Part shown: positions 15,597 through 27,418 of the stretch, one piece after another
How positions within the stretch are numbered: position 1 is the first letter of the stretch
Layout of the letters: each line of letters opens with the position of its first letter
From: Takakia lepidozioides
Taxonomy: Eukaryota > Plantae > Bryophyta
DNA: 64,000 bases
Assembly (NCBI GenBank): GCA_030704615.1
Contig: CM060734.1
Location: forward strand, 25,668,001 to 25,732,000
Direction of reading: 5' to 3'
Translations under genes and position numbers: made by a program
Notes under the pieces: model-generated
What the model was told of the DNA's origin: nothing
The model's database searches: none
What the model saw: the letters and a program-made list of their open reading frames with translations, nothing else

Positions 15597-18500
15597 ATGG
15601 GGTCGGGCAAGCCAAAGTGAAAGCGGAACGGCCCAAAAGATGATGATCCTGGTGAGCCCGATGGGGGCGACGTGTCACCGAGCGGCCGTTTGAGGAAGCG
15701 ATGAATGTTTCCGAAAACGAGGCCGCTCAAGAGCGGGAGGAATCCGAGAAGTCGGAGCCCGAGGAATCCTTGAGAGCTCTGACAAACCAAGAGATGCCTC
15801 CCATGCCGGCAGCCTTTTGGGAAGGGTGTTGGCGCAGTTTGGCGGGACGTTGAAAGACGTGTTGAAGGCGGCTAATGCCACTTCCACTAAGGCAAAGTTT
15901 AAGGTGAAGCCTAAGGAACCCGGCACCTTCGAGGGCGTTCGAAATCGGAAGGCACTCAACACCTAGCTCCTGGAGCTAGAGCAGTACTTCCGGGCGGCCA
16001 AGTTGAGTGACGAGGATCGGTGGAAGTGGCTCCCACCTATTTGAGGGGCTATGCTCAACAATGGTGGCAGAAACGCCTTCACGACCGAGGCCCAAGCCCG
16101 GAAACCTTGAACTGGAGTGGGTTCAAGGAATTGATGAAGAGATAGTTTGTGCCCCTCAACGCGTCCTGGCTTACCCGGGACAAGATTTGAAGCAAACAGA
16201 TGACATTCGGGGGTATGTCCAGGCTTTCAATGTGCTATTGCTCGAAGTCGCGGACATGGCAGAACCAGAAATGGTCTTCAACTTTGTGGCGGGACTGGCC
16301 CCATGGGCCAGGCGGAAGTTGGAGGAGAAGCCACCCAAGACTTTGAACGAGGCAATTGAGAGGGCTGAATGTTTCTCGATGTCCCTAGGGGTGAGAGACA
16401 AGGCCGTACGGAGCTGAACCACAAGAAGACCCGGCGGGAAGGTGACTCTTTCCGACCGGAAAAGAAGTGAGATAGGCCACGCGGCGATAATGGCACATGG
16501 AAATTGAAGGGAGGGCCTTCACACGTCAAGGCGGCACCCGGTGCTTCGAAAGGAAAAGCGGGTGGAGCGGCTTATGGCGGACAAAAGGCGACCTTTGATG
16601 GAGTGTGTTTCAATTGCGGGGAGCCGGGCACATGGCCAAGAAGTGCACGAAGCCTCGGCAATTGAACATGACTCGGGCGACCACGGAGCTGTCGGAAGAT
16701 ACCATCAGTCGCTTGGTGGAAGCGGTGGTCGCCAGGACTTGCAAGGTAGGCAACTATTCTTGTGAGTTGTATCAGGAAACTGGCGCCCTGCGTAAAGGGA
16801 GTCAGTTATTGTTCGTGGATGGGATAATATCCGGAACTAATGTGTCGTTGTTGGTGGACACAGGAGCGTCGCACTCCTTCATGACACTGGCGGCGGCACA
16901 AAGCTGGGACTCCCGACAAGTGACGTGGGGGCCTCTATGAGGTGCGTTCTGCCAAAGGAGAACCACAGTTGGCGACAAGGTTGGCGTTTGGCGTTTAATG
17001 TTCCTCTTCAACTGGGGAGTTGGGAGGGACGTGAGAACTTCACCATCTGCAAGATCGATGGAGTAGATCTCATTTTGGGGATGACCTTTCTGAGTAAATC
17101 CGGAGCGGTCATAGATGGCCGCAAGAGAGTAGTCACGCTGCCATGTGGGAATGGTGGCGAGGTCTTACGAGTGTCGGAAACGCCCAAATCCGTGGGAGGG
17201 CGAATAAACCTTCTGTCAGCAAGGAGTGGGCCGTGGAGGAGGCACACGAACCCCAGTTTTTGCTTTACATTAGAGAAGTGAAGGGAGAAGGCGATGGGGA
17301 GCCGAGCCCAGATTGGATCAAGGGGATTTTGGAGAAATACCAGGATGTGATGCCGGAGGATTTACCAAGCGGCTTGCCACCGCGAAGAGGAGTTGACCAC
17401 AAGATTGAGGTGATACCGGGATCGGAACCGCCTGCCAAGGCGCCCTACCGGTTGAGCCACATAGAGTTGGTCGAGCTGAAGACTCAGCTCAAGGATCTAA
17501 TGTCAAAGGGGTACATCCGGCCGAGTAAGTCACCTTACGGAGCCCCGGTGCTATTCGCAGACAAGAAGGATGGGACGCTGCGGATGTGTGTCGATTACAG
17601 GGCTTTGAATAAGGTGACTATCAAAAACCGGTACCCTTTGCCAAGGATCGACGACCTCTTCGATCGGTTGGCAGGAGCGAAGTATTTCAGCTGGATCGAC
17701 TTGCGCTCCGGCTATCATCAAATTCGGGTGGCGGAAGGAGATGAGGAGAAGACCGCGTGCAGGACAAGGTATGGTTCATATGAGTTCTTGGTGATGCCTT
17801 TTGGGCTCACCAATGCACCAGCGACCTTTAGCATGCTGATGAACAGCCTTTTTCAGGAGTGGTTGGATGACTTTGTGATCGTGTACATCGACGACATCTT
17901 GGTGTACTCGAAAACAAAGGAGGAGCACCTGGAGCACCTCAAAAGGGTGTTCCAAAAGTTGCGGGAAGGGAAGCTGTACGCCAAAGCTTCAAAGTGCGAA
18001 TTCGGGGTCACGAAAGTGGAGTTCTTGGGGCATTACACAGGATGGGATCAAAATGGATGACAGAAATGTGAGGGCAATCTTGGACTGGGAGCCTCCGACT
18101 TCGGTCCCGGGAGTGCGATCCTTCCTAGGACTCGCCTCCTATTACCGGAAGTATGTGAGAAATTTGCCAAGATCGCGGGGGCCGCTGTCGGACCTTCTGT
18201 GTAAATCCAAAGTCTGGGTATGGAACACATTTTGTGGCCAAGCTTTTGCTGAATTGAAGCAGCGGATGGCGGAAGCTCCAGTCTTGAAAATCCCGGAGTT
18301 CGATCGTCCATTTGAGATTCATACAGATGCGTCGGACTTCGCGATTGGGGGTGTACTTATGCAAGATGGACGTCCAGTGGCTTACGAAAGTAAGAAACTG
18401 AATGAAGTGGAGCGACGGTGGCCTACGCACGAAAAAGAGATGAAGGCAGTGGTGCATTGCCTTGAGCTTTGGCGCCACTATGTTGGTTCCAACCCAGTGA

Positions 18501-20148
18501 AGGTGTTCACGGACAATGTCACGGTGAAGTATTTTGCCACGCAGCCCAAGTTGTCCCCAAAACAACTTAGGTGGCAAGATACTTGGCGGTGTGTTCGACG
18601 TGGATATCCAGTACAAACCGGGACGAGACAACGTGGTGGCCGATGCTTTAAGTAGAAAGCAGCAGCTCTTGTTGGTGTACAAGGGCGAGACGGCGCTCCA
18701 AAGGAAGATCCGAAAGGCTTGCCGGAAGGATGAGCTGGCGAAGTCCGTGATGCAGGACTTGAGGATGGGGGTTAAATCGCAGTTCCACTTGCAAAATGTA
18801 CTGCTCCGGTATAAGCAAAAACGTCTCTACGTGCCAAAGGGAGGGATCAGAGATAGCCTCTTGAGAGAATGCCATGATAGCCCGCTTGCGGGCCACGGCG
18901 GAGCCAAGCGCACTGCGGCACTCTTGAAGAAAGAGTATTTCTGGCCCAAACTGAGGGAGGAGGCAGAGGAGTATGTCAAGACATGCACCACATGCCAACA
19001 AAACCGGAGCGAGTACAAAAAGCAAGCGGGGCTGTTACAACCCTTGCCGATTCCAGAGGGGACTTGGGAAAGCGTCTCGATGGATTTCATGACTGCTATG
19101 CCGCTGTCAAAAGGGTTCGATGCAATCATGGTGGTGGTGGATAGGTTCAGTAAAATGGGCCATTTCATCCCCACCAAGGAGACGGCAACGGCGCAGGAGA
19201 CAGGGCGACTTTACTTCGCCCACGTCTTAAAGCATCATGGAGTCCCTAAGGATATTGTCTCGGATCGCGATCCAAAGTTTACGAGTAAATTTTGGAGGAC
19301 ACTTTGGAAGAAGATGGGGACGAGGCTGAAGATGAGCACCGCCTTCCGACCTACGACCGACGGCCAAACAGAAAGGATGAATTCCGTAGTGAAGCAGATC
19401 TTGCAGAATTACGTGTCGGCAGACCAAACAGACTGGGTGGAACACTTAGAGACGCGGCAGAGTTCTGTTATAATAACACAGAACACTCCGCAACGGGAGT
19501 TTCCCCTTTCGTATTGGTCTATGGAAAAGCACCTCTGGTGCTGACAAGTTGGGCCGCCCAGGACGTTGAGGAACCGGCAGTAGCGGCGGTACTGGAAGAA
19601 CGCGAGCGTTTGTTGAAGCTCGCAAAGTACAACATTGCCAAAGCAGGAAACGGTATGAAAGGCAGGCGAATCGGAAGCGGAGGGAAGTGAAGTTTGAGGC
19701 AGGCACAGAGGTCTGGTTGAACATCAAGAATTTCCGACTACCTCCGGAAGTGAGTCCGAAGTTCGTACCTCCGTTGCGGGACCCTTTCGCATTCGGAAGG
19801 TTATGAATGAGGATGTGTATGAATTGGAGCTGCCGGCAAACAGCAAGGTGCACCCAGTATTCCATGTCTCCCTTTTGAAGCCTTACTTTCAAAGATGAAG
19901 CGCGTCCGAATCGGCATCAAGTGTTGCGTCCGCCACCTATGCTGTTGGATCATGAAAATGAACCTGAGTACGAGGTGGAGGCAATACTTAAGTCGAGGAG
20001 GTTCAAGAACGAGAAACGGAGTATCTCGTCAAATGGAAGGGCTATCATCATGTGGAGGCATCTTGGGTGCGTGCCTCAGAAATGGGAAACGCATCTGAGG
20101 CGGTTGCAGCTTTCGAAGGGCGACCTCAAAAGCGAGAAGAAACGTTGA
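15597..20148 (+). pseudogene. Frameshifted gag-pol of the chromovirus
   Basis: Zinc knuckle CFNCG..GHMAKKC; protease LVDTGASH; RT YIDDIL; RNase H TDASDFAIG; INT HDSPLAGH..C..CQ and VSDRD; chromodomain EYEVEAIL...YLVKWKGY. Confidence 0.93.
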
Positions 20149-21053
20149 TGGGGACATCAACCTTGGAGCGTGGGGGAGGAAATGCATGCTTAGCCCGGCT
20201 TAGCTAGCTTAGGAATCCGATTACAAAAACTTGTATTGTACAAAAATTTGTTATAAAGGAAATGGGTTCCAAATGTTGTGCGTCCTATTTTGTTTGGAAT
20301 GGTGATGCATGGTATGGTTGGCTAGTGTGTAGAATGCATGCTAGCTTATAAAAGTGGGAGAGGTAAATTGGGTTAATCGTGTGTTTGCGTAGTGCCGAAA
20401 TCGGGTGACCCCCATCCAAGGGGCAAGGAAACTTGCGACTTCTTTGGGAGTTCACGTGCTAGTGCGCACCTGGCGCGTGCGCGTACTATAACTGCGCTAC
20501 CGAGGGGGTTGCCTTGTAGTGCGGGCTAACGCGGAAGCTACGTGCTTCCGTTCACGTACTATAATCGTGTAGCCTCGGGACGAAGTCGTAGTGCGGCTTC
20601 GGCGTGTTCCCGTACCTCAGGCCAGCATTCCAAGGCGGACCCAATTGTAGTGATTGGGGCGCACGGTTGGTTCAAGGTTATCTTCCTAGTCAAAGAGGGT
20701 TCCAGGGAACCCTTGCTCAAGGTGATGCCAAAAGCGGCATCATGAGCGATCGCAAGCAATGTTGTTGCAGTAAGGCGATTCGATCCTCGGGGAGGATCGT
20801 TCCTTGGCCTTGAAGTAGGCCAAGAAGAGTGCACTGGGAGGAGCTGGAGAGGCTCCACCCTTGGCCGGGACTTGGAGGAAGTCGGCCGAACTAGCTAGTG
20901 GAGAGTAGAGTCAAGTGTGGGGTTTGGTTCTTTGCCATGGGACGCCATGGTGCGGAAACAAACTCCTTGATGTGGGACGCCACAACTTGGATGTTCGTTT
21001 CTACAAAATGGACAAGTCGATGAGGACATCGACTCCCTGTTGGTAGGGGTGTG

Positions 21054-21778
21054 TGTCGCGGCCCTTTGCCTTGAGGGCAGGGGGTCGGGACACATGAGGG
21101 GCTGCCCTTGTAGTGGGGGCATCGGCAGCGATAGGTATGGGGGCTGAAGCACCCTTGAGTGCCCAAGGCACTCAAGGAGGCGGAGGCGCTCACTAGGTGG
21201 AGCCCCGCACACCGGGTTGCGGTGGGGGTGGCTCCACAAGGGGTGGTGGTAGCTTAGCGGGACTTAGTGGGGGTGGCATAGGACTCACCATGGGGGCGGA
21301 GACCTCGTGGTGGGAGTCGTGGGGAGCCTTGGGACTCATCACAGTCCATAGGGGCCGTGATGAGTGGGCCAAGACTCACCGCGACTCATCACCGTGAGTC
21401 GAGGGTTTTCGTGGTGGTTCGCCATAAAATGGCATGGCTGGTTATGAAACCCCCGCGGACAGCTACAGAAGTATATATAGGGAGTAGTAACCCCGAGAAC
21501 GGTGCAAGCCCGTTGGTGACCAAAAACTAGTGAGTAAGCGAACGAGCCGGAAAGCGACCAAAGAGTGGGGAGCTGTTCCGGACTGCCATCTACCAAAGGG
21601 AATTCTCCTAGTCCCAAATAGGTGGAGGGTTTAGAGGGAAGCGAAGGGGGACCGTTATGTCCCGGTGAGCAGCCGAAGCTCCAAGTTGGCCCGGGGCGCC
21701 AGGTTGGGAGTCAGGCGCGCGCATCAAAGCGAGTAACTATGACTTGAAGGGGAGCTTACTGAAGTGAGGTGCGCGACA
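21054..21778 (+). repeat. 3' LTR (725 bp), preceded by PPT-like TGGTAGGGGTGTG
   Basis: Matches the 5' LTR and is followed by the TSD TTCTA. Confidence 0.95.
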
Positions 21779-22636
21779 TTCTAGCTGTTGATTCTCCCCT
21801 TCTCTCTGTAATGGGGAATCAGCCGTCGAGTTGATGATGTCATCTGCTGCTGCACTTGTGGTTGCTTCGTTGATCCGGGCTCTCTTTGCAAGTCCGCCCT
21901 CTTCTTCTTCCTGAAATGTTGCCGTCTCACTTCCTTCTTCCTCCATTGTGTGTACCCGTTGCATGATTCCCAACGTCGCTTGCTCTTCGGCCGTTAGGTG
22001 TACGGTGTGTCGAATCATCTGGAGTAACAATGGAGTTGCCATGGTAACAGTCGCTTCCTTCTTCTTCTTTGTCAACCTGGTCAGTTCTTGAGTTAACTTC
22101 TTCAATAAGAAGCTTGCCCAATTCACGATTTGCCCATTGAAGCAAATCAACACTTGGTCGATTAGCTCTTTGGTACAGTAGCTATGGTTTTGCCTGATGA
22201 GGCAAAGCAATGTGCTAAGTACTGGGGCTATCTTCCTGAAGCCATGGTTTTTGTTGTGGTTGCATGTGTAGCCTTGATTTGCTTGGTTGAGATTCTCAAA
22301 CAAATCTGCAAGTACAAACCTTGGAGGTTTGCCGGTGTGCGGTGGTACGTCCAGACTGGGAAGGTGAAATACTTCCGCCAAGTACTTCTCTGTCAGCAGG
22401 ATGTGCGTGTCGTGGACATTTGTGCTCCAAGTGCTGGTGTTGTAATTCTCCAAGAACTCCCTGCATAGCTCGTCGTGCTTCATGTTCCAATCCAGCGTGG
22501 TGATGAAGTATCGCAGGCCAAGATTGTCCAACGTCTCCTGTGTCTCTGTGTCCTGCTCAATCTTCCGCAACGCTGGGCTGATTTTGAAATTGACTTGCGC
22601 ATAAGAACTTGGTGCCTTCCGCTTGGTGCCTGCCAT
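21779..22636 (-). pseudogene. 5' part of the post-pol accessory ORF of the non-chromovirus element; continues from 14816 to ~12700
   Basis: Starts MAGTKRKA...ELCREFLENY...VNWASFLLKKL. Removing the insertion joins ENQQLE to GGTKPQTNEST. The downstream part is coiled-coil-like and frameshifted. Confidence 0.75.
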
Positions 22637-23350
22637 TTCTCTTAGTCTCGTGGTTGCTGTAAGGAATTGGAGCACCAATTCCTGTATCACAAGAAGTATG
22701 AAGCACACTGGAAGTTGTGTATACAGCAATTTCCAGTTTGCGGAAGAGAAGGTGAGGAGTTCGCTCCTGGGTTTAAGTAGGGGTTCCTCTCTGTAGGTTT
22801 CTCCTCTAACTTCTCTCGAGGTTCTTGTGGAGGTAATTCTGTCCTACTGGTTGCCTAGGTTTAAAGCGTAGTTAGCTTTAATTGCTGGGCCCAGGCTTAC
22901 CAATAAGCATTTAGCCTCAGGTAACGGTTTTGTGAAAACTTCATCCCTTTTGTGCTTGATTTTCTTCCGTTGGTTTTTTCTTCGTGATTTGTTTTGTTTA
23001 AAACTGATGGTCGTTGATGATTGTCCAGTTTCGGTCAGTTTATGTTCATCCCTCTGAGCTGTATTCATCCACTTTGGTATGTGGTCCGTTTTTAGATGGG
23101 CGGCGTTGGCGCAGTACTTGCAGCTTGGTTTAATGGCTTTGCCCTTATCGTCCGCCGTCTTTTGGCAATCCGTTGGATTGCGCCGTCGTTCCGCCTCTGT
23201 GTTATGATCGAAGGATAGTGGTGTATGATTACCACTGTCGGTGGGGTGATCTGGAGCATACATCTCGGAATTTAACACAAGCAGTGACTCGTTGGCCGTT
23301 TCGTATTCGTTCACTGTTCTGTAGGGCATCTGTGCTGGCCACGGTTCACC

Positions 23351-26300
23351 CTACGGTATACGGGGTGGTAATGTTGTCCTCCAGATAAATGGTGGTCTAG
23401 CCGTCGTGGTGCCCTGAATTCGTGTTGCCACCTGTCTTAGTACATGCTGATTCACCGCGTCGTGATGAATGTAGTAGGCATTGGTGGTTTCGCGCTCCTC
23501 CTCTTTAGTTTGATCTTTCTCGTTGGCGTATAAGTCATGTATAAGGGCTTTGTCATGTATTCCTTGGTAGCCTTTTAACTTGTTAATATTAATTCGTCCC
23601 ACGAATTCTTGTTCCAAGGTTTGCAAATCAACAGTTCCATTGTCATGTACCCTTTTGATTTGAAATGGTCCCATCCATGGCATTTTCAATTTTCCGCCCA
23701 ATTTGATCTTCTTGATTTTTGGTAACCATAATACAATATCCCCGTCATGGAAAGATTTCTCTTTCCCTTCGGATATTCTTTTCCTTCGTTGTTCCTGGAT
23801 CCGTGCCATATTATCTGCGGCATCTGCTCGAACTTCTTTCAGATGGAATAATTCATATTCCCTGACTCGTAATGATTCTTCTAAGCAGTGCCTCTGCTCC
23901 ATACACCAGTTGAAATGGTATATGCTTCGTGGTCACCTTGTATGATGTCTTGAATGCCCATAGTGTTGTGTTCAATTTGGTGTCCCAATCTGTACGATTG
24001 GCATTTACTATCTTGATTAAGATAGTGCATGATATTTTGTTGGTAGATTCGGCCTGACCGCTTCCTTGAGGATAGTAAGCAGTACTCTTGTGATGTACAA
24101 TCATGAACTCCTCCGTCAAGCATTTTATAGCATCATTTATGAAGTGTGATCCCTGATCACTGACGACTGCTGCCGCTCTGTGAGCATATTTGTCCATGTA
24201 TCTTCTGTAATAGCTCGTCTGTCCCAGAAATCTCTCGAGTTTCTTGGGATTTTCTGGTGGTGGTATTTTCTGGATAACCTCCACTTTCTTTGGATCTACT
24301 AGAATTCCCTGTTGGCATACAATGTGTCCCAATAATAATCCCGAATTCACATAGAATGTACATTTTTCTGGGTTGAGACTTACTCCATTGTTTCTGCAGG
24401 CTTGTAGGCAAAGTTTTAACTGTGCCAAATGTTTGGATTTCTGTCCAAAGACACTGAAATCATCCAAAAATACCTGCATAAAATCATTGAGATAGTTCTT
24501 GAATATCTCACATACTGCTCGTTGAAATGTGGCTGGTGCATTGCAAAGTCCAAATGGCATGACTTTATTAGCATATGCTCCCCATTCAGTTATGAATGCG
24601 GTCTTTTCTCGGTCTTCTTCTGCCATGTGTACCTGGTTGTACCCACTAAACCCATCCATGAATGAGTACATCTCATGTCCAGCCACTGTGTCCAACACTA
24701 TTTCAGTGAAAGGTAGTGGAAAAGGGTCTTTCTTGGTTCCTGTGTTTAACTTGCGGTAGTCCACACACACTCGTAGTTTTCCATTTTTCTTGGGTACTAT
24801 CACAATGGGTGATAACCATTGTGGTGTCTCTACTGGGTATATGAATCCTGCATCCAGTAACTTCTTGATTTCTTCCCAAACTTTAGCTGTATAGTTGGGG
24901 TTCATTCTGTAACGGTTCTGACAAATTGGTTTTGTGTCAACTTCCAATTCAATTCGGTGCTGACAGATGTTAGAAGGTATACCCTTCAAATCCTTGTAGT
25001 TCCAGGCAAATACATCCTTGTATTCAGTGAATAATGCGGTGGCTTTTTGTAGAAATGATTCTTCAAGACCTGCACTCACTCGTATTATCTGTGGTTCTTC
25101 CACTGTTCCCAGATTCACTTGAATCAATTGAGTTTCTTCCGTTATTGTCCATCCTGCAATCTCTTGTCCGATGGTTGCAATTGTGGCAGGTACTTCACTG
25201 ATTTGAATGTCTTCTTCCCTTTCTTGATAGAACCGGGCCGGGTGTTGAGGTGTGTCCATCGCTTCTTCCTCTGGATCTTCATTTCTCGAAGTATTTGGTT
25301 CTCATTGGGTGTTCACCATGTGACATCCTACTGTTGTGGTATGCTTGACCACCAGTTGTCCTAGTGGGCAACCAAATCATGTGATGATGTTTTCATATAA
25401 GAATTTGGCTGTTGATCTGGCAGTGTTGTCTCTTAGTGCCTTGGCCTCTACCCATTTGGTAGTGTAGTCAGTGGCTGTGAGGATGTATTGGTTTTGTGTG
25501 TACCTTGCTGGAGGTTTAATGGGTCCCACGAAGTCTAGCCCCCAGCGCTGAAATGGTTCTGTTGGTAGTATTGGGTGCAGAGTCCCCTTCCCCGTTCATT
25601 CTACTAGTCCCATCCTCTGGCAGACATCACACTGTTGACAGTGTTTATAAGTATCTCCAAATATAGTAGGCCACCAGTAGCCTGCTAGTAATATTTTCTT
25701 TGCTGTCAGGTCCGAACTGAAGTGTCTACCTGCAATTCCTTCGTGTAGTTCTTGCATTACTGTTTTGGCTTGGTCTTTGTTTACACATCTAATCATTATG
25801 GAGTCAATTCCTCTTTTGTACATAATCCCTTTGATTAATGTGTATGGCTTGCTTTTCATTGAAAGCTTCCTCCTGTCATCTTTGGTGTAACCTTCAGGAA
25901 TTTTCCCTGTGTTCAGATAATATTTGATTGGCCATTGCCAATCATCTTGATCTTGATCCTGAATATCTTCTAATTCTTCTTTGGTGACTGTATAAGCTCC
26001 AATACTGATATTGGCCAATTCTTGATTGTTTGTTTCTTCGTTTTCCTTGTCATCTTCTTCTTCTGGATCTGGCTCTTCTTCAATAATAAGTCCTTCATCA
26101 AGAGGTTCATCTTCATCGGATGAATCTTCTTCTTCATCTGTGTCGTCCATGAGTTTGAGAGCATCTGGAAGGTCATAGTCTCCTTGAAACATTCCCAGAG
26201 CATTTATAGGATCTGTCTCTTCATCTGGTGCTTCTGGTTGAACAACAAACAGAAATGCATCGGGAAGTTGATCCTCTACCCCCGTGGCTGGTTCTCCTGT

Positions 26301-27403
26301 AGTAATCCTTGACAGATGATCTGCTGTAACATGTAATCTCCCTGGTTTATGAACAACTTCAAAGTCATACTCATGAAGAAGTAATAACCATCGAGATGTG
26401 GATGTGCTGCGTATACTGTGGCTTCTTCTTCATCCGACAGTCCACTGGACCAATCATATTCTTCCACTATGCAAGGTCGTTTCTCTCGTGGAATGGTACC
26501 TCGTTGCTTCGTCGTGATGGTGACTTGTTCTGTTTTTTTTTTTTAAATTGTGAGAGTCTGACTTCCCCAATCGTGGTGTGATTGGGCTTGTGTTAACCAT
26601 GGTCGGCCAAGTAGTAGTGAATATCCCTCTGCCACATCCTCCATTCTGAGAATGGTTACTGATATTTCGTATACCAGTCCTGCTACTTCCATTGCAAGTC
26701 ATCTGATAATCCCCAATGGCTGTACTTTTCGTTGATCAGCCATTCGTATCGTGAATGGAGCAGGTTCCATGTGCCCCAATCCTAATGACTTCTTCATCTT
26801 TTCTGTCATGATATTCACTCCGGATCCTCCATCGATGAGTACATTCGTTACCATCTTCCGTCCAATACGTACTTGTATTACAGGTATTGCTTCGTCGTAA
26901 TCTGGAGTTTGTCGTATAGTTGTGGGTTTAATCGTGTAAACCTCTGGTGTTGGTTTTTGTTTTGGTGTGGGGGTCAATGCCTCGATTGCCCGAAATAAAG
27001 TTTTCTTGCAGTGTGGAGCAATTTTTAATAATTGTCCAATGGTAATTTGGGTCTTGGTCTGGCAGATTACTTCAGCCAATTCTGTTTCCGTGGTTGTATT
27101 CATGGTCTTCATCGTTGGTCTGATTTGCTTATCTAGAGTTGGCTCTCTAGAAGGTATATGAGTTCCCTCTTGCATTTGAGCTATGGCTTTACTTACTTCC
27201 TGGTGTAAGCTCTTTTCCTCCTGCCATGCTGCACTTTCTGGATATTGTTTCCGTTCTTCTTCAATCTCCTTATCTGGAGGTTTCTGTTTCTTGGCCTGAG
27301 TTCGGGTTACCGCAAGAGTATCCACTACAGGGGTTACCACACTTACGGCTACACTTGGTCCGGCTTCCATATTTCCCACTTCTGCCACATGCTTGATTCG
27401 CAA
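23351..27403 (-). pseudogene. Scrambled pol: PR, RNase H tail, INT(N), RT, INT(C)
   Basis: Order on the minus strand: IDGGSG; RWLLLLHEYDFEVVHKPG; HEGIAGRHF..CDVCQ; [13 protein letters not shown]; RT (CVDYRKLN, FLDDF); SDQGSHF..YYPQGSGQAE; WMGPF. Confidence 0.9.
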
Positions 27404-27418
27404 CTGGCATTCATGTTT

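Larger units (their letters stand above)
14817..21778 (+). mobile_element. Full-length Ty3/gypsy chromovirus LTR retrotransposon
   Basis: Near-identical LTRs 14817-15542 and 21054-21778 (TGTCGCG...CGCGACA). 5-bp TSD TTCTA at 14812-14816 and 21779-21783. PBS, gag-PR-RT-RH-INT-chromodomain and PPT are present. Confidence 0.97.

Noticed and set aside
18125-19892. Antisense ORFs over pol (also those over the LINEs and the 54-56 kb copy)
   Set aside because: These are shadow frames of coding sequence with no independent motifs.
20183-21778. A 1.6-kb 3' LTR starting at the first PPT
   Set aside because: The TSD and the 5' LTR define a 725-bp LTR starting at 21054.
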